A stretch of DNA of 60,461 nucleotides, the filler included, from Nemertoderma westbladi (Eukaryota > Animalia > Xenacoelomorpha), in the NCBI GenBank assembly GCA_032718475.1. It is 2 parts of 2 records of this genome, joined end to end, with 100 filler letters (N's around TTAATTAATTAA, not from the genome) between each part and the next. Parts side by side here need not be neighbours in the genome. Positions count along the whole stretch, not along the records: positions 1 to 28,926 come from JAUCBJ010005797.1; 1 more part is not named here. The stretch is one strand, 5' to 3'. The position numbers and the translations under genes are program-made. Below are positions 11,835 to 24,026 of the stretch, one piece after another. A model generated the notes under the pieces. That model searched no databases. It had not been told where the DNA came from and saw only the letters and a list, made by a program, of their open reading frames with translations. Every line of letters begins with the position of its first letter. Within the stretch, counting starts at the first letter, position 1.

Positions 11835-13161
11835 ACGGGAAAATGCCTCCCTACTACAATACCGACGGGGAGAGCAAAGACCGCATACCTTTACAGCTGG
11901 TAAGGGGTCAGACTGAGACGACAGCCGCAGAAAGACAGTATCTACTGGCTGTGGAGAAAGGTTAGTTACCGGTATTGGTTTGAGTAGTGGTGAATGTATA
12001 GGTACAGCCCAAAGCCCGGTCAAAGAGATTCCAAAACCAACTGAATATTAAGATAATCAGCCTGTAGGACCAGGGCTCCAACAATCAGGAGAGGGGGGGA
12101 GGGGGGGGGGGGTGGGTGTGTGGATCTGGATCCCATCTCGGTGAATTAATATCCCGCCCCAATATTAAATTATCAATTAAGGGGAAGGACCAGGTTACAG
12201 TGGCACGTTATTCTAAGCAAAACAATAAACTAAAGTCAATAGAACAGGTTAGGCCTACAGTTTTAGTTTTGGGAGTAAATCAGCTGTTATTTGCGTCGAT
12301 TTCCCCTGCAGGGGATGGTTTTTGTTTGCGTCGAAAGCCCCCCCCCCCCCATATCTGGCGTTATTTTAATGCGTCGCGCTATTTCCAAAATTTTCCTTTT
12401 TTCAACTATTATTGAGTAAAAACCATGAAAATTGCGTTATTTCAAGATTTTCCGTTGGTAAACCCTAATACTGTACATGTACTCTAAGCCGGTAGGCCTC
12501 TACATCTGGCTGTTGATTCTCAAGCTGTTTAATCTCAATTAAATTATGTTTTCTACAATATTACTAACTCCCGCTTATTGTTTTGGTTTCTTTCAACCAA
12601 CCAGTCTCTACTGTATAACCTGCTTCTTTACTAACCCGCCTACAAGAAGATGTAGGGAAGGTGTCTAGGCGTAGCACCCACTTTACAACCAGATTTCAAT
12701 TTAATAGACCTCTTGATAACGAAATTGTATAAGTTGCACCTGTTCCTTATCAAAGAAACTTTTTGTTCTAAATTGAGTTGTCGAGCAGTGACATATCTTG
12801 GATTGGACCCCCCCCCCCCCCCCCCCCCCATCTCCATTCCGAAATCCATTCCAATGTTTGTTATCTCGACCATTTATTAACCTCTATGACGCTCGGTAAA
12901 TAAAATGCCTCGAGAATAGTGAAAAAAAATTATAATAACGACCATAAAACGGTGAATGTTATAGGCCAATTAAAATTGTTCCATTAAGCAATTAATTTTC
13001 ATTTAGATGAATAATTTAATTACCCTTAAAAGTTTAAATACTTCATGTGGAAAACGTCAAATTAGCTGTACCTGGCCAAGTCCCGTCACGGTTGAAAATA
13101 TCTACCACCACTAAGCCACTACGCACTACGCCAAACTAAAAAGTTGAAATTAAATCCTTAG

Positions 13162-13319
13162 GAGACTACGCGTCTGTAGAACGGTCGTTGGAGGAGGCAG
13201 ACATCTACTTCAACATTAACGTCAACTGCGAGGACGCCATTGGTCGAACTTCGTTGCTAATAGCGATAGAGAATGAAAATATCGAAATTATAGAGTTGTT
13301 ACTAAGTTACAATGTGGAG
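13162..13319 (+). CDS. TRPC: TRPC (TRPC4/5 or TRP-gamma-like) channel, internal exon A, ankyrin region
   Basis: TAG|...GAG|GTAAGT; encodes (G)[52 protein letters not shown], closely resembling the TRPC4/5 N-terminal ankyrin segment; phase 1 to 0. Confidence 0.92.
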
Positions 13320-16300
13320 GTAAGTATGCTAATTGTAGAGTTGTTACTAAGTTACAATGTGGAGGTAAGTATGCTAATTGTAGAGTTGTTACTAAGTTAC
13401 AATGTGGAGGTAAGTATGCTAATTGTAGAGTTGTTACTAAGTTACAATGTGGAGGTAAGTATGCTAATTGTAGAGTTGTTACTAAGTTACAATGTGGAGG
13501 TAAGTATGCTAATTGTAGAGTTGTTACTAAGTTACAATGTGGAGGTAAGTATGCTAATTGTAGAGTTGTTACTAAGTTACAATGTGGAGGTAAGTATGCT
13601 AATTGTAGAGTTGTTACTAAGTTACAATGTGGAGGTAAGTATGCTATATTGTAGAGTTGTTACTAAGTTACAATGTGGAGGTAAGTATGCTAATTGTAGA
13701 GTTGTTACTAAGTTACAATGTGGAGGTAAGTATGCTAATTGTAGAGTTGTTACTAAGTTACAATGTGGAGGTAAGTATGCTAATTGTAGAGTTGTTACTA
13801 AGTTACAATGTGGAGGTAAGTATGCTATATTGTAGAGTTGTTACTAAGTTACAATGTGGAGGTAAGTATGCTAATTGTAGAGTTGTTACTAAGTTACAAT
13901 GTGGAGGTAAGTATGCTAATTGTAGAGTTGTTACTAAGTTACAATGTGGAGGTAAGTATGCTATATTGTAGAGTTGTTACTAAGTTACAATGTGGAGGTA
14001 AGTATGCTAATTGTAGAGTTGTTACTAAGTTACAATGTGGAGGTAAGTATGCTAATTGTAGAGTTGTTACTAAGTTACAATGTGGAGGTAAGTATGCTAA
14101 TTGTAGAGTTGTTACTAAGTTACAATGTGGAGGTAAGTATGCTATATTGTAGAGTTGTTACTAAGTTACAATGTGGAGGTAAGTATGCTAATTGTAGAGT
14201 TGTTACTAAGTTACAATGTGGAGGTAAGTATGCTAATTGTAGAGTTGTTACTAAGTTACAATGTGGAGGTAAGTATGCTAATTGTAGAGTTGTTACTAAG
14301 TTACAATGTGGAGGTAAGTATGCTAATTGTAGAGTTGTTACTAAGTTACAATGTGGAGGTAAGTATGCTATATTGTAGAGTTGTTACTAAGTTACAATGT
14401 GGAGGTAAGTATGCTAATTGTAGAGTTGTTACTAAGTTACAACGTGGAGGTAAGTATGCTAATTGTAGAGTTGTTACTAAGTTACAACGTGGAGGTAAGT
14501 ATGCTAATTGTAGAGTTGTTACTACGTTACAATGTGGAGGTAAGTATGCTAATTGTAGAGTTGTTACTAAGTTACAATGTGGAGGTAAGTATGCTAATTG
14601 TAGAGTTGTTACTAAGTTACAACGTGGAGGTAAGTATGCTAATTGTAGAGTTGTTACTAAGTTACAACGTGGAGGTAAGTATGCTAATTGTAGAGTTGTT
14701 ACTAAGTTACAATGTGGAGGTAAGTATGCTATATTGTAGAGTTGTTACTAAGTTACAATGTGGAGGTAAGTATGCTAATTGTTGAGTTGTTACTAAGTTA
14801 CAATGTGGAGGTAAGTATGCTAATTGTAGAGTTGTTACTAAGTTACAATGTGGAGGTAAGTATGCTAATTGTAGAGTTGTTACTAAGTAACAATGTGGAG
14901 GTAAGTATGCTAATTGTAGAGTTGTTACTAAGTTACAACGTGGAGGTAAGTATGCTAATTGTAGAGTTGTTACTAAGTTACAATGTGGAGGTAAGTATGC
15001 TAATTGTAGAGTTGTTACTAAGTTACAATGTGGAAGTAAGTATGCTAATTGTAGAGTTATTACTAAGTTACAATGTGGAGGTAAGTATGCTAATTGTAGA
15101 GTTGTTACTAAGTTACAATGTGGAGGTAAGTATGCTAATTGTAGAGTTGTTACTAAGTTACAATGTGGAGGTAAGTATGCTAATTGCAGAGTTGTTACTA
15201 AGTTACAATGTGGAGGTAAGTATGCTAATTGTAGAGTTGTTACTAAGTTACAATGTGGAGGTAAGTATGCTAATTGTAGAGTTGTTACTAAGTTACAATG
15301 TGGAGGTAAGTATGCTAATTGTAGAGTTGTTACTAAGTTACAATGTGGAGGTAAGTATGCTAATTGTAGAGTTGTTACTAAGTTACAATGTGGAGGTAAG
15401 TATGCTAATTGTAGAGTTGTTACTAAGTTACGATGTGGAGGTAAGTATGCTAATTGTAGAGTTGTTACTAAGTTACAATGTGGAGGTAAGTATGCTAATT
15501 GTAGAGTTGTTACTAAGTTACAATGTGGAGGTAAGTATGCTAATTGTAGAGTTGTTACTAAGTTACAATGTGGAGGTAAGTATGCTAATTGTAGAGTTGT
15601 TACTAAGTTACAATGTGGAGGTAAGTATGCTAATTGTAGAGTTGTTACTAAGTTACAATGTGGAGGTAAGTATGCTAATTGTTGAGTTGTTACTAAGTTA
15701 CAATGTGGAGGTAAGTATGCTAATTGTAGAGTTGTTACTAAGTTACAACGTGGAGGTAAGTATGCTAATTGTAGAGTTGTTACTAAGTTACAATGTGGAG
15801 GTAAGTATGCTAATTGTAGAGTTGTTACTAAGTTACAATGTGGAGGTAAGTATGCTAATTGTAGAGTTGTTACTAAGTTACAATGTGGAGGTAAGTATGC
15901 TAATTGTAGAGTTGTTACTAAGTTACAACGTGGAGGTAAGTATGCTAATTGTATAGTTGTTACTAAGTTACAACGTGGAGGTAAGTATGCTAATTGTAGA
16001 GTTGTTACTAAGTTACAACGTGGAGGTAAGTATGCTAATTGTAGAGTTGTTACTAAGTTACAACGTGGAGGTAAGTATGCTAATTGTAGAGTTGTTACTA
16101 AGTTACAACGTGGAGGTAAGTATGCTAATTGTAGAGTTGTTACTAAGTTACAATGTGGAGGTAAGTATGCTATATTGTAGAGTTGTTACTAAGTTACAAT
16201 GTGGAGGTAAGTATGCTAATTGTAGAGTTGTTACTAAGTTACAACGTGGAGGTAAGTATGCTAATTGTAGAGTTGTTACTAAGTTACAACGTGGAGGTAA

Positions 16301-16499
16301 GTATGCTAATTGTAGAGTTGTTACTAAGTTACAACGTGGAGGTAAGTATGCTAATTGTAGAGTTGTTACTAAGTTACAACGTGGAGGTAAGTATGCTAAT
16401 TGTAGAGTTGTTACTAAGTTACAACGTGGAGGTAAGTATGCTAATTGTAGAGTTGTTACTAAGTTACAACGTGGAGGTAAGTATGCTAATTGTAGAGTT
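13291..16499 (+). repeat. 45-bp tandem array (~71 units) built from exon A tail plus splice donor
   Basis: Unit TAGAGTTGTTACTAAGTTACAATGTGGAG|GTAAGTATGCTAATTG; occasional 46-bp variants (GCTATATTG); T>C (AAC) variants enriched distally. Confidence 0.97.
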
Positions 16500-16597
16500 T
16501 TGAGAAATGGCCGATGAATATGATGCTCGCTACTTAGGAAACGCCCAAATAAACATATTTGGCTAATATAAAGAAAATATTGAAATTTAAAGAAAAT

Positions 16598-16720
16598 ATT
16601 GAAAGGGATACTGGACTTGGGAAGAAACGAAAATGCGAACCTACGGAGAATCGGGAAACCTGGAAGGATCTCATTTCCATTGTCCGAGCTCGCTCGACCT
16701 ATCTAGTACTAGTAGTAGTA
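16598..16720 (+). mobile_element. Short 3' end of RTE LINE with (TAG)n tail
   Basis: Matches 51865-51979 of the full-length RTE copy. Confidence 0.8.
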
Positions 16721-17935
16721 GCTGCTATGGGTTATTTTGACTTTAATTAAAAAACTGCTCAAGAAGAAAACAGATTACAGATACGAAATTAGCTCAGAAA
16801 GGTATTTGACATGCCATCTCGATCTCGTCTAACTAAAACGAAAAACTGCAAACAAGTAATTTGAGATATTATAATATACTGATTTAATATTTGGATTATA
16901 TCACTAGCAAGGCGTAATAGAAATAACAAGAATACAATATTTACATTTCGTTTAATATGACACCCCACAGGGTGTAAGCGTGACCCCGCGCCCGGGTAGA
17001 TTGGGAGGTTATTGAATTGAATTGAATCTTAATGTCCGGGCTCAAGCCCCCAGCCGTGTAACCGACTTATCAGACAATACATAAGAGTTTGATAACAAAA
17101 TACAATAACAATTACACACAACAACATATAGATATATACCAAGATATAAATACCGAGAAATACTGAAATAGATACAAAATGCAATAAATTCAAGCACAAA
17201 TCAGGAAATTGTGATTAACTTTTTTTTTACATAGATCGGAAATTATTTTATGTCCCTAATAGATGTAATAGATAATTTGTATTGGTATAAAGATGGGTAT
17301 ATCGGTATTATACTGTATAGTTTATGGTTTAGTATACATATCAAATGCAAGGTCTTATAACAACCACATCAAGCCCCGGTGTAGAACACAGGGTATGTTG
17401 CAGTGATTCATTGTAGGTGGATGGGACTGATGTTTTTTGGCGGATACGGTGTTCAAGGACATTAATCATTTAATATCCCAGTATACTAGCATCCCTTATT
17501 ATTATGAACCCATTAACATACAGTGACACATTGTTTGTTAGCTGAGGTAATTACTAATCAGTCATAAAGCACAACCAATACATGCGTAATGAGATAGATT
17601 GTATAGTACCATGGCCTGATAGTACCAAAGCAGTCCAGATACTTATTTAAACCAACCAACCATATGGGTATAGTGGCATAGTGATAATTGATTTATACTG
17701 GCCAATAAATTTGTTTCTTGACAATCAGCTGATGTAGTTCAAGGACAGATTCATAGCCAATTAAAGCTACCGGTAGTTTCCAGTTGTATTTTGTAATAAT
17801 ATTAATAGTTATAGTTGGTAAGATTGGTGATGGATTTGTGTCAATGTTTTATATTCCTGTCATTATTATCTAATTTATTTATCTGATTTGCGAACTCACT
17901 TATTGTTTTATATATTTTTGATATTTACAAACGCC

Positions 17936-18554
17936 ATGTTACGAATCATGGGAAACCTTCAGATTCTATTATTATTTTCGGCTTGCATTTTTATTTGCGG
18001 AAGTAATGCGGATTCCGCTGTCACATCAACCACTCAACGTGTTGCATTGGGATTGGACACATCCACCAGTGAAAGCGTAGCTAGAGGTACAGCAGCCACT
18101 GAAAGCGTTGTTACGGGTACAACATTCACTAAAAGCGTTACCACGGTTACACCAACCACAGGAGGCGCTATCACGGTTACTCCAACCACAGAAAGCGTTA
18201 CCACGGTTACACCAACCGCAGAAAGCGTTACCACGGTTACACCAACCACAGAAAGCGTTACCACGGTTACACAAACCACAGAAAGCGTTGCCACGGTTAC
18301 ATCAACCGCAGATAGCGTTACCACGGTTACACCAACCACAGAAAGCGTTACCACGGTTACACCAACCGCAGAAAGCGTTACCACGGTTACACCAACCACA
18401 GAAAGCGTTACCACGGTTACATCAACCGCAGAAAGCGTTACCACGGTTACACCAACCATCGATTCCGTTACCACCGTAACAACAACCGCCGCATTTGTTT
18501 CAACTCAAGCAATAGTTAAGGGAACAATTTCGCCAGCTGCTACAATTGATCAAG
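17936..18554 (+). CDS. Nested mucin-CUB-EGF type I membrane protein, exon 1 (signal peptide plus Thr-rich mucin repeats)
   Basis: GCCATG start; hydrophobic leader; 30-bp/10-aa repeats (TESVTTVTPT) at ~18100-18480; donor CAAG|GTTTGT, phase 1. Confidence 0.85.
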
Positions 18555-18810
18555 GTTTGTAACAAGTCATAGTTTTTTTTAAGTAATTAGAAAATATAGT
18601 GCAACATAGGCCCGCCCATGTGAAATATAGCCGACTTGTCTACTATTATATGAACCGTAATCGAAATAAGTCTTCGGAGTTTGTACGTAAAACTTTTAGT
18701 TACATTATTCGGCCTTATAAATTGTTATTATTAGTCAGTCATTCATTTTCCTCATTAAGAACAATTACATCTCAGATGGAGTTCTTCTAATGTCCTTATC
18801 TATTTTATAG

Positions 18811-18944
18811 TGATCTGCTCTCCAAGAAAATTCACTGAAACGTTCGGAACAATTAAATCCGAGTTGTATCCTCAATCCATTAGCGTTTCTTGTTCACACG
18901 AAATACATCTGGCACCCGACTACGTTATACTCATACAAGTACAG
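18811..18944 (+). CDS. Nested CUB protein, exon 2 (first half of CUB1)
   Basis: TTTTATAG|...CAG|GTCAGT; VICSPRKFTETFGTIKSELYPQSISVSCSHEIHLAPDYVILIQVQ; phase 1 to 0 fits both neighbours. Confidence 0.85.
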
Positions 18945-19255
18945 GTCAGTCAGCTGGGGGTACGGTAATCTATTTCACACGTTTTATTATTTTCCCCTGT
19001 ATAATTTGAAGGATTGTCGTTTATTTCCTAATTTAAAAAACGCCATTCAAATTGATTTTGATTGATTGATTGAAATTGAAATTGATAGATTCCAGTTTTA
19101 TTTTTGCTTGTCAATTCCAGTGTTATTCAGCTTTTATTTGCGTCGAATTTCCCCCGGTGAAGGTTTAATTTTGCAGGCAATAAGGAATCAATATATTTTG
19201 TTATTGTGCAATAAATATTTAATACTTAGACACGATTTTTATTTTTTGTTTGTAG

Positions 19256-21517
19256 GATTTGGATATTCCTGTTGATGAAGGAAAGGATTGTAGAACTTCT
19301 ATGAATAACTTCCTTGAGTTGGAATACAACGGTGAAACTGAAAGAATTTGTAATACCGGTACTTTTCATACCCGTAGCAACTCAGTGAGACTGCGATATC
19401 AGTGGCGTAGCAACGCAGACCGCAGCTTCCGGGGTTTCTCTCTGCAATACCAGCAGCATTATTCGCGTACCGGTAGCGGGCAGCCGAAATTCGTATGCCA
19501 ACCCCAGACGGAGGAACTCTGCGAGGTCATGGAATACCCAAACGGAATAATTTACTCTCAGGGTTACCCGACCGGATTGAAATCCGACAGACACAGCAAC
19601 TTTGTGTGGAACATCCACGGGAAGGACGATGAGAGAGTTGTTGTCCAGTTTATCGACGTCCGAATCAACTTGAACTACACAGATGATTGCGATAGCGTCT
19701 CTAATTACGTACAGATTCTCGGAGTCAACGACCGCCCAATAGATATCTGTGATTCGTCCAATATTTCCGATGTGTTTCTCAGTCTCGGGAAATCGTTATC
19801 CATTCGATTAATCGCTAGAGACACCAGAGTTCGCAACGGTATTATGTTCGTTTACGCCAAGTTTCCGCGAACTAGTGAAGATTATAGGAGCCGTCTGCAG
19901 TCCTCCATCCACGAGATAAAGTTTGATTATCTGTTCTCTCCTTCAGTCGATTCCTCACAGCTTTTACTTTCTCTTCGAAACGCCTTCCCAGGTAAATCCG
20001 ACGCAGACATCAGTTCTCTCGGCATTCCTATCGAGATGTCCGAATTCGTTCGCGCTCACACACCCCACCCCCACAACGACACCTCTGATTTATTTAAACT
20101 TGTCGACAACCTCGGCAAACCGCCCAATCCCGCGCAAAGGAACGCCCACGACACTGAACTAGCTGATGCTATGCAGAAACTATCCGACCAATCATTCATC
20201 TACCACGTCAGCCACTTCTACTTAATGCATTACAAACATTCTTACGTCGATATCGCTACACCAGTCGTCTTCAACTACATATTTGGGACGCCGTCTCACT
20301 CTCAACCATGTTACACGTATATAACGGATCAGCAAGGAGTCTTTACCAACCTTGGTTATCCTGAATCGAGCAAGGATGTGGGGATGTGTCATTGGGAGAT
20401 AGAGACACCCCCTGGGACGACCATTCACCTCCAAATAGTCAATCTAACAATGTCGGAATCGGTACCGGATCAATCCTGTTCCTCTCATTACGATATGTTG
20501 CAGATTGAGGATTACTGGGCCGACGTTCCAATCCTGTTAAAGTCGTTATGCACCTCTCAAGCCATTGTTTCTCACAAGGCCGCAACTAATCGGTTGATTA
20601 TTCGCTCTCTCGTTAAATCTGATCGTGGAATAGGCTTCATCATCGCCTACCAATCCGTCGCCTCGGATTTGAATGCCGACCCACAATTTATCGATCTATC
20701 CCACCTTATTGAGTCCTACGAAGTATCAACTCCTTATCAATCGACGAGTGTGCCTCCAACTTCTACATTAAAAGACATTAAACCAGGGAAAAAGACGTGG
20801 GAAGTTGCAATAGAAACGGGCTTGGATTACCGCACCCGTATCCCAAAACGAGTAAAACCCGGGGATTTGTTAGTCTTTGGGCTTTCTATACGTTTCAGTA
20901 CCCCCCTCGCCTCCATGTCTGAGTCCAATTGGAAGGGAATCTTTGAGTCAATGATGGGCCAATTAGAGAAACCGATTCAACCAAAACGTCTGACCATTAC
21001 TGAGGTGAATGACACCACAGACACCCCAAGTGAAGGAATACTTACCACCAATTACAACTCGAGTTTAACTGATGTCCAGTTCGCCAACCACCTAGTCGGC
21101 TCTGTATTGAAGTCATACAATGCTTCCCCTACTATAGAACTGGTAATCACTCACTACGATGTCTGTTCTGGTGTCTTTTTCAAAGGAATTTGCCCCAACC
21201 GATCAACGTGTGCCTTGAATAAAGATTCCGGCTTCTATTGCAAATGTGATGTGGATGTTGAGCCGGAAGATGGCGTCGAATGTGGTGAGCTGGAACGCGA
21301 AGACAACGATGTTACTACGAAACCTGTTGTTGTAGATAATGGTCTCACTGACACCATGGATGCGGACGATGGCATATCTATCCACAACCCCGTGTTCCTT
21401 TACGTTACCATAGTTCTTGGAGTTGTTCTTGTTATTGTTACGGCTGTCGGCGTCTTCTTTATTGTCAACCACAGAGCTCGTAAACGTCGCGGCCAATTCG
21501 ACGTGGAACAATTTTAA
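19256..21517 (+). CDS. Nested CUB protein, exon 3 (rest of CUB1, CUB2, CUB3, EGF-like module, TM, short tail)
   Basis: TTGTAG|GAT, phase 0; CUB motifs (GIIYSQGYP, GVFTNLGYP..CHWEI, GFSLQY); Cys-rich EGF-like segment; TM VFLYVTIVLGVVLVIVTAVGVFFIV followed by RARKRR. Confidence 0.9.
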   Translation, partial: DLDIPVDEGKDCRTSMNNFLELEYNGETERICNTGTFHTRSNSVRLRYQWRSNADRSFRGFSLQYQQHYSRTGSGQPKFVCQPQTEELCEVMEYPNGIIYSQGYPTGLKSDRHSNFVWNIHGKDDERVVVQFIDVRINLNYTDDCDSVSNYVQILGVNDRPIDICDSSNISDVFLSLGKSLSIRLIARDTRVRNGIMFVYAKFPRTSEDYRSRLQSSIHEIKFDYLFSPSVDSSQLLLSLRNAFPGKSDADISSLGIPIEMSEFVRAHTPHPHNDTSDLFKLVDNLGKPPNPAQRNAHDTELADAMQKLSDQSFIYHVSHFYLMHYKHSYVDIATPVVFNYIFGTPSHSQPCYTYITDQQGVFTNLGYPESSKDVGMCHWEIETPPGTTIHLQIVNLTMSESVPDQSCSSHYDMLQIEDYWADVPILLKSLCTSQAIVSHKAATNRLIIRSLVKSDRGIGFIIAYQSVASDLNADPQFIDLSHLIESYEVSTPYQSTSVPPTSTLKDIKPGKKTWEVAIETGLDYRTRIPKRVKPGDLLVFGLSIRFSTPLASMSESNWKGIFESMMGQLEKPIQPKRLTITEVNDTTDTPSEGILTTNYNSSLTDVQFANHLVGSVLKSYNASPTIELVITHYDVCSGVFFKGICPNRSTCALNKDSGFYCKCDVDVEPEDGVECGELEREDNDVTTKPVVVDNGLTDTMDADDGISIHNPVFLYVTIVLGVVLVIVTAVGVFFIVNHRARKRRGQFDVEQF

Positions 21518-21955
21518 AATTGAGGAACAAATAATGAATGATGCCGTTTATTTGTAATTGATAATATTTCGTACCATTTTATTCGGAGTTTTCATTAATT
21601 TATCGTCGTCAATTTTTCATTTAGTTCAATTTTTTCTAAATGAGAATTACAATACTCTCATATTCGGATCTTACTTATGTTATTAATGTTTTACTCTGCT
21701 TATGTTGTATTTCAGTTGGCTTGAACAAACAATCACTTGTGATGCGGATGGCCAAAACGTAAATGTACCATCATCATTATTAATTAATTGTCAATTAAGA
21801 GATTTTGAAAGTTTCACTGATCTAGGATATGGTTTTTTTGCAATATGCCACAACATGCTACAGTTACGAGTACATACATACAGGTATAAACGGCTTTACG
21901 ATTTTCACACTTTCTTATAGAGGCAGGTTACAGAAACCAAAAAAAGTATACGTAT

Positions 21956-22014
21956 AGTTTTCTTGTTCCATTTCACTCAAATGGAAAATTTGAGTGAAAT
22001 GGAACAAGAAAACT
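21956..22014. repeat. Perfect 27-bp inverted repeat with 5-nt loop
   Basis: AGTTTTCTTGTTCCATTTCACTCAAAT-GGAAA-ATTTGAGTGAAATGGAACAAGAAAACT. Confidence 0.9.
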
Positions 22015-23912
22015 GATGGAAGATTCAGGAATGTTACAGGTACTGCCATTAAAAAAAATAAATGTAGATAAAAATTGATTAATATTTAGTGAAAAGGTTT
22101 ATATAGTATGAAAAATATATTTATGAAGTTTAATTTTACTGTTTTCGCCAATTGGAATGCCCATATATGGCAAATATACCGGTATATTTACCTACCAGCT
22201 CTACTAGTATATGTACCCTTTCCTACAGTAGGATGATAATACTGTATAATATATTTTTTCATGTCACTCAAAGTCATATATTTATTGATTGGTTTATATT
22301 TCGTTCAGTTTTATAGGAGATAATAATTATTTGTATTAATTAACTTGTAATGTCTGTATCTATTAATTAATGTTCGACTACGTTTGTTGTGCTACAATTT
22401 GACCTACGATAATAATTATTGATTAATTAATCGTATTAATTTCCTTCACTATAACTATACTGGAACTAATTAATAATATTCCGCATTATCTGCATTATGA
22501 TATTTTATAAATACAATAAATCACGTCTTCATTTTTTTTACTTTTCTTCTTTTTCTTTTTCCAAACTTCCATCAGTTAGAAGAGGGTGGGGGGGGGGGGG
22601 GGGGGGGGGTGGGGGGGTGGGGGGAATACAACATGGCCATACCAAAGTAAAATTTGTAAAATGTATGCAAAATAACTCCAAATAAATACATTTTTCCCCA
22701 CATATCTTTACGTGCTTTCTGCATAGAAACATCACCCCTTAAAAATTCCTAACATGCATGAGCAATGCATGACATCATAACACTGATGTCCGTCCACCCT
22801 GCACCCCCCAGTGTTGATCTAAGTATGGGGGCGGGTAAATAATACTGCCAGTTCCACCACCACCACCACTCTCTAATATGTTCCTATCAAACAACCCACA
22901 TCCCAATAACCAGGCAGAGCTTCCCCCTACCTATTAGCTCTACTCATTAGAGCTATGCAACTCGTCCCGGTGTGCCGCTAGTAATGGTTCCAAAGGTAGT
23001 CAGTTCTTCCTTGTATTTGCTACCCCCGTTTCATTATCAACTCCCTACTTGCCCCCCCCCCCCCCCCCCCCCATACATTCCATACTGTGTTACCTACCGT
23101 AACCTCAAGGCAAGAGACAACTCCCTCATTTCAGTCTTGATAACGCTACTTCACAATAATTATATTGCGGATTTTCTTTTATGTGACATTTGACATTGAC
23201 AATACTACTATATAATAGTAACAGTATGCAGTTAATAATGCCTTTTCAATCGAAATGTTATTGTTGCTCTATACATCTAGGGAATAATTGCTGATGGATC
23301 TTTCATCGTTATTTTGCGTTGTATGTATCTGCTTCCCCATTCCCCAATGATATTCATAATTAGTAATTAATATACAGCAATGATATAGTATAAAAGTAGA
23401 GAGTTAAGCGTTCAATCAATACGAGATTTGGGAACAACTGAAAGATGACATGCCGGACTTTAATCGTTAATGATTTTGCATAAATAATGACCCTCAAGGA
23501 AATGTAACTACTGTTAACTATTTACATACTTGTGCGGGAAGTAACACTTTACTGCACTGCACTATTGTGCTGATCCGAGTGCGCGAGTGGCTGTTGCACG
23601 AACGATCGTAGTGAGCTAGTATCAAAGTAGAACAACCTTCTACCTTGCTTATTTAAAAAATGCCATCCACGAATTCAGAAGTTATGGAAAATATAATCGT
23701 ATGCAGTTGCTTTAGCGGTATAGTTTGCTAGTTATCTAGTAATTATTAATAGTATTAGTTAGTTGTTTCCTGCCGCACCGCAACAACCTTAAATCCATTT
23801 TCGGTTCCAGTTTCATTGTAAAGTCGCCTGGCTAGAGCTGTAATGAAAGACTTTATTATCACTTCGCTATTAGCTGTAATGTGAAATAATCTCGCACATA
23901 ATTATGTTTCAG

Positions 23913-24026
23913 ATCGGCGACGCGCTACTCCACGCTATCGACGAAGAGGTGGTCCAGGCTGTCGAGATACTTCTCAACTACAAAACCAAGAAACCAGGTG
24001 GTAAGAAGGCGGATATGGGATTCAAT
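23913..24026 (+). CDS. TRPC: TRPC channel, internal exon B
   Basis: TTTCAG|ATC; IGDALLHAIDEEVVQAVEILLNYKTKKPGGKKADMGFN directly continues exon A (TRPC 'VGDALLHAI..EVVGAVELLL'); donor AAT|GTGAGT at 24027, alternative GTG|GTAAGA at 24001. Confidence 0.9.

Noticed and set aside
13188-16517. Long repetitive ORFs as a stand-alone ankyrin-like repeat protein
   Set aside because: They are read-through of the 45-bp array; TRPC homology stops at 13319 and resumes at 23913.
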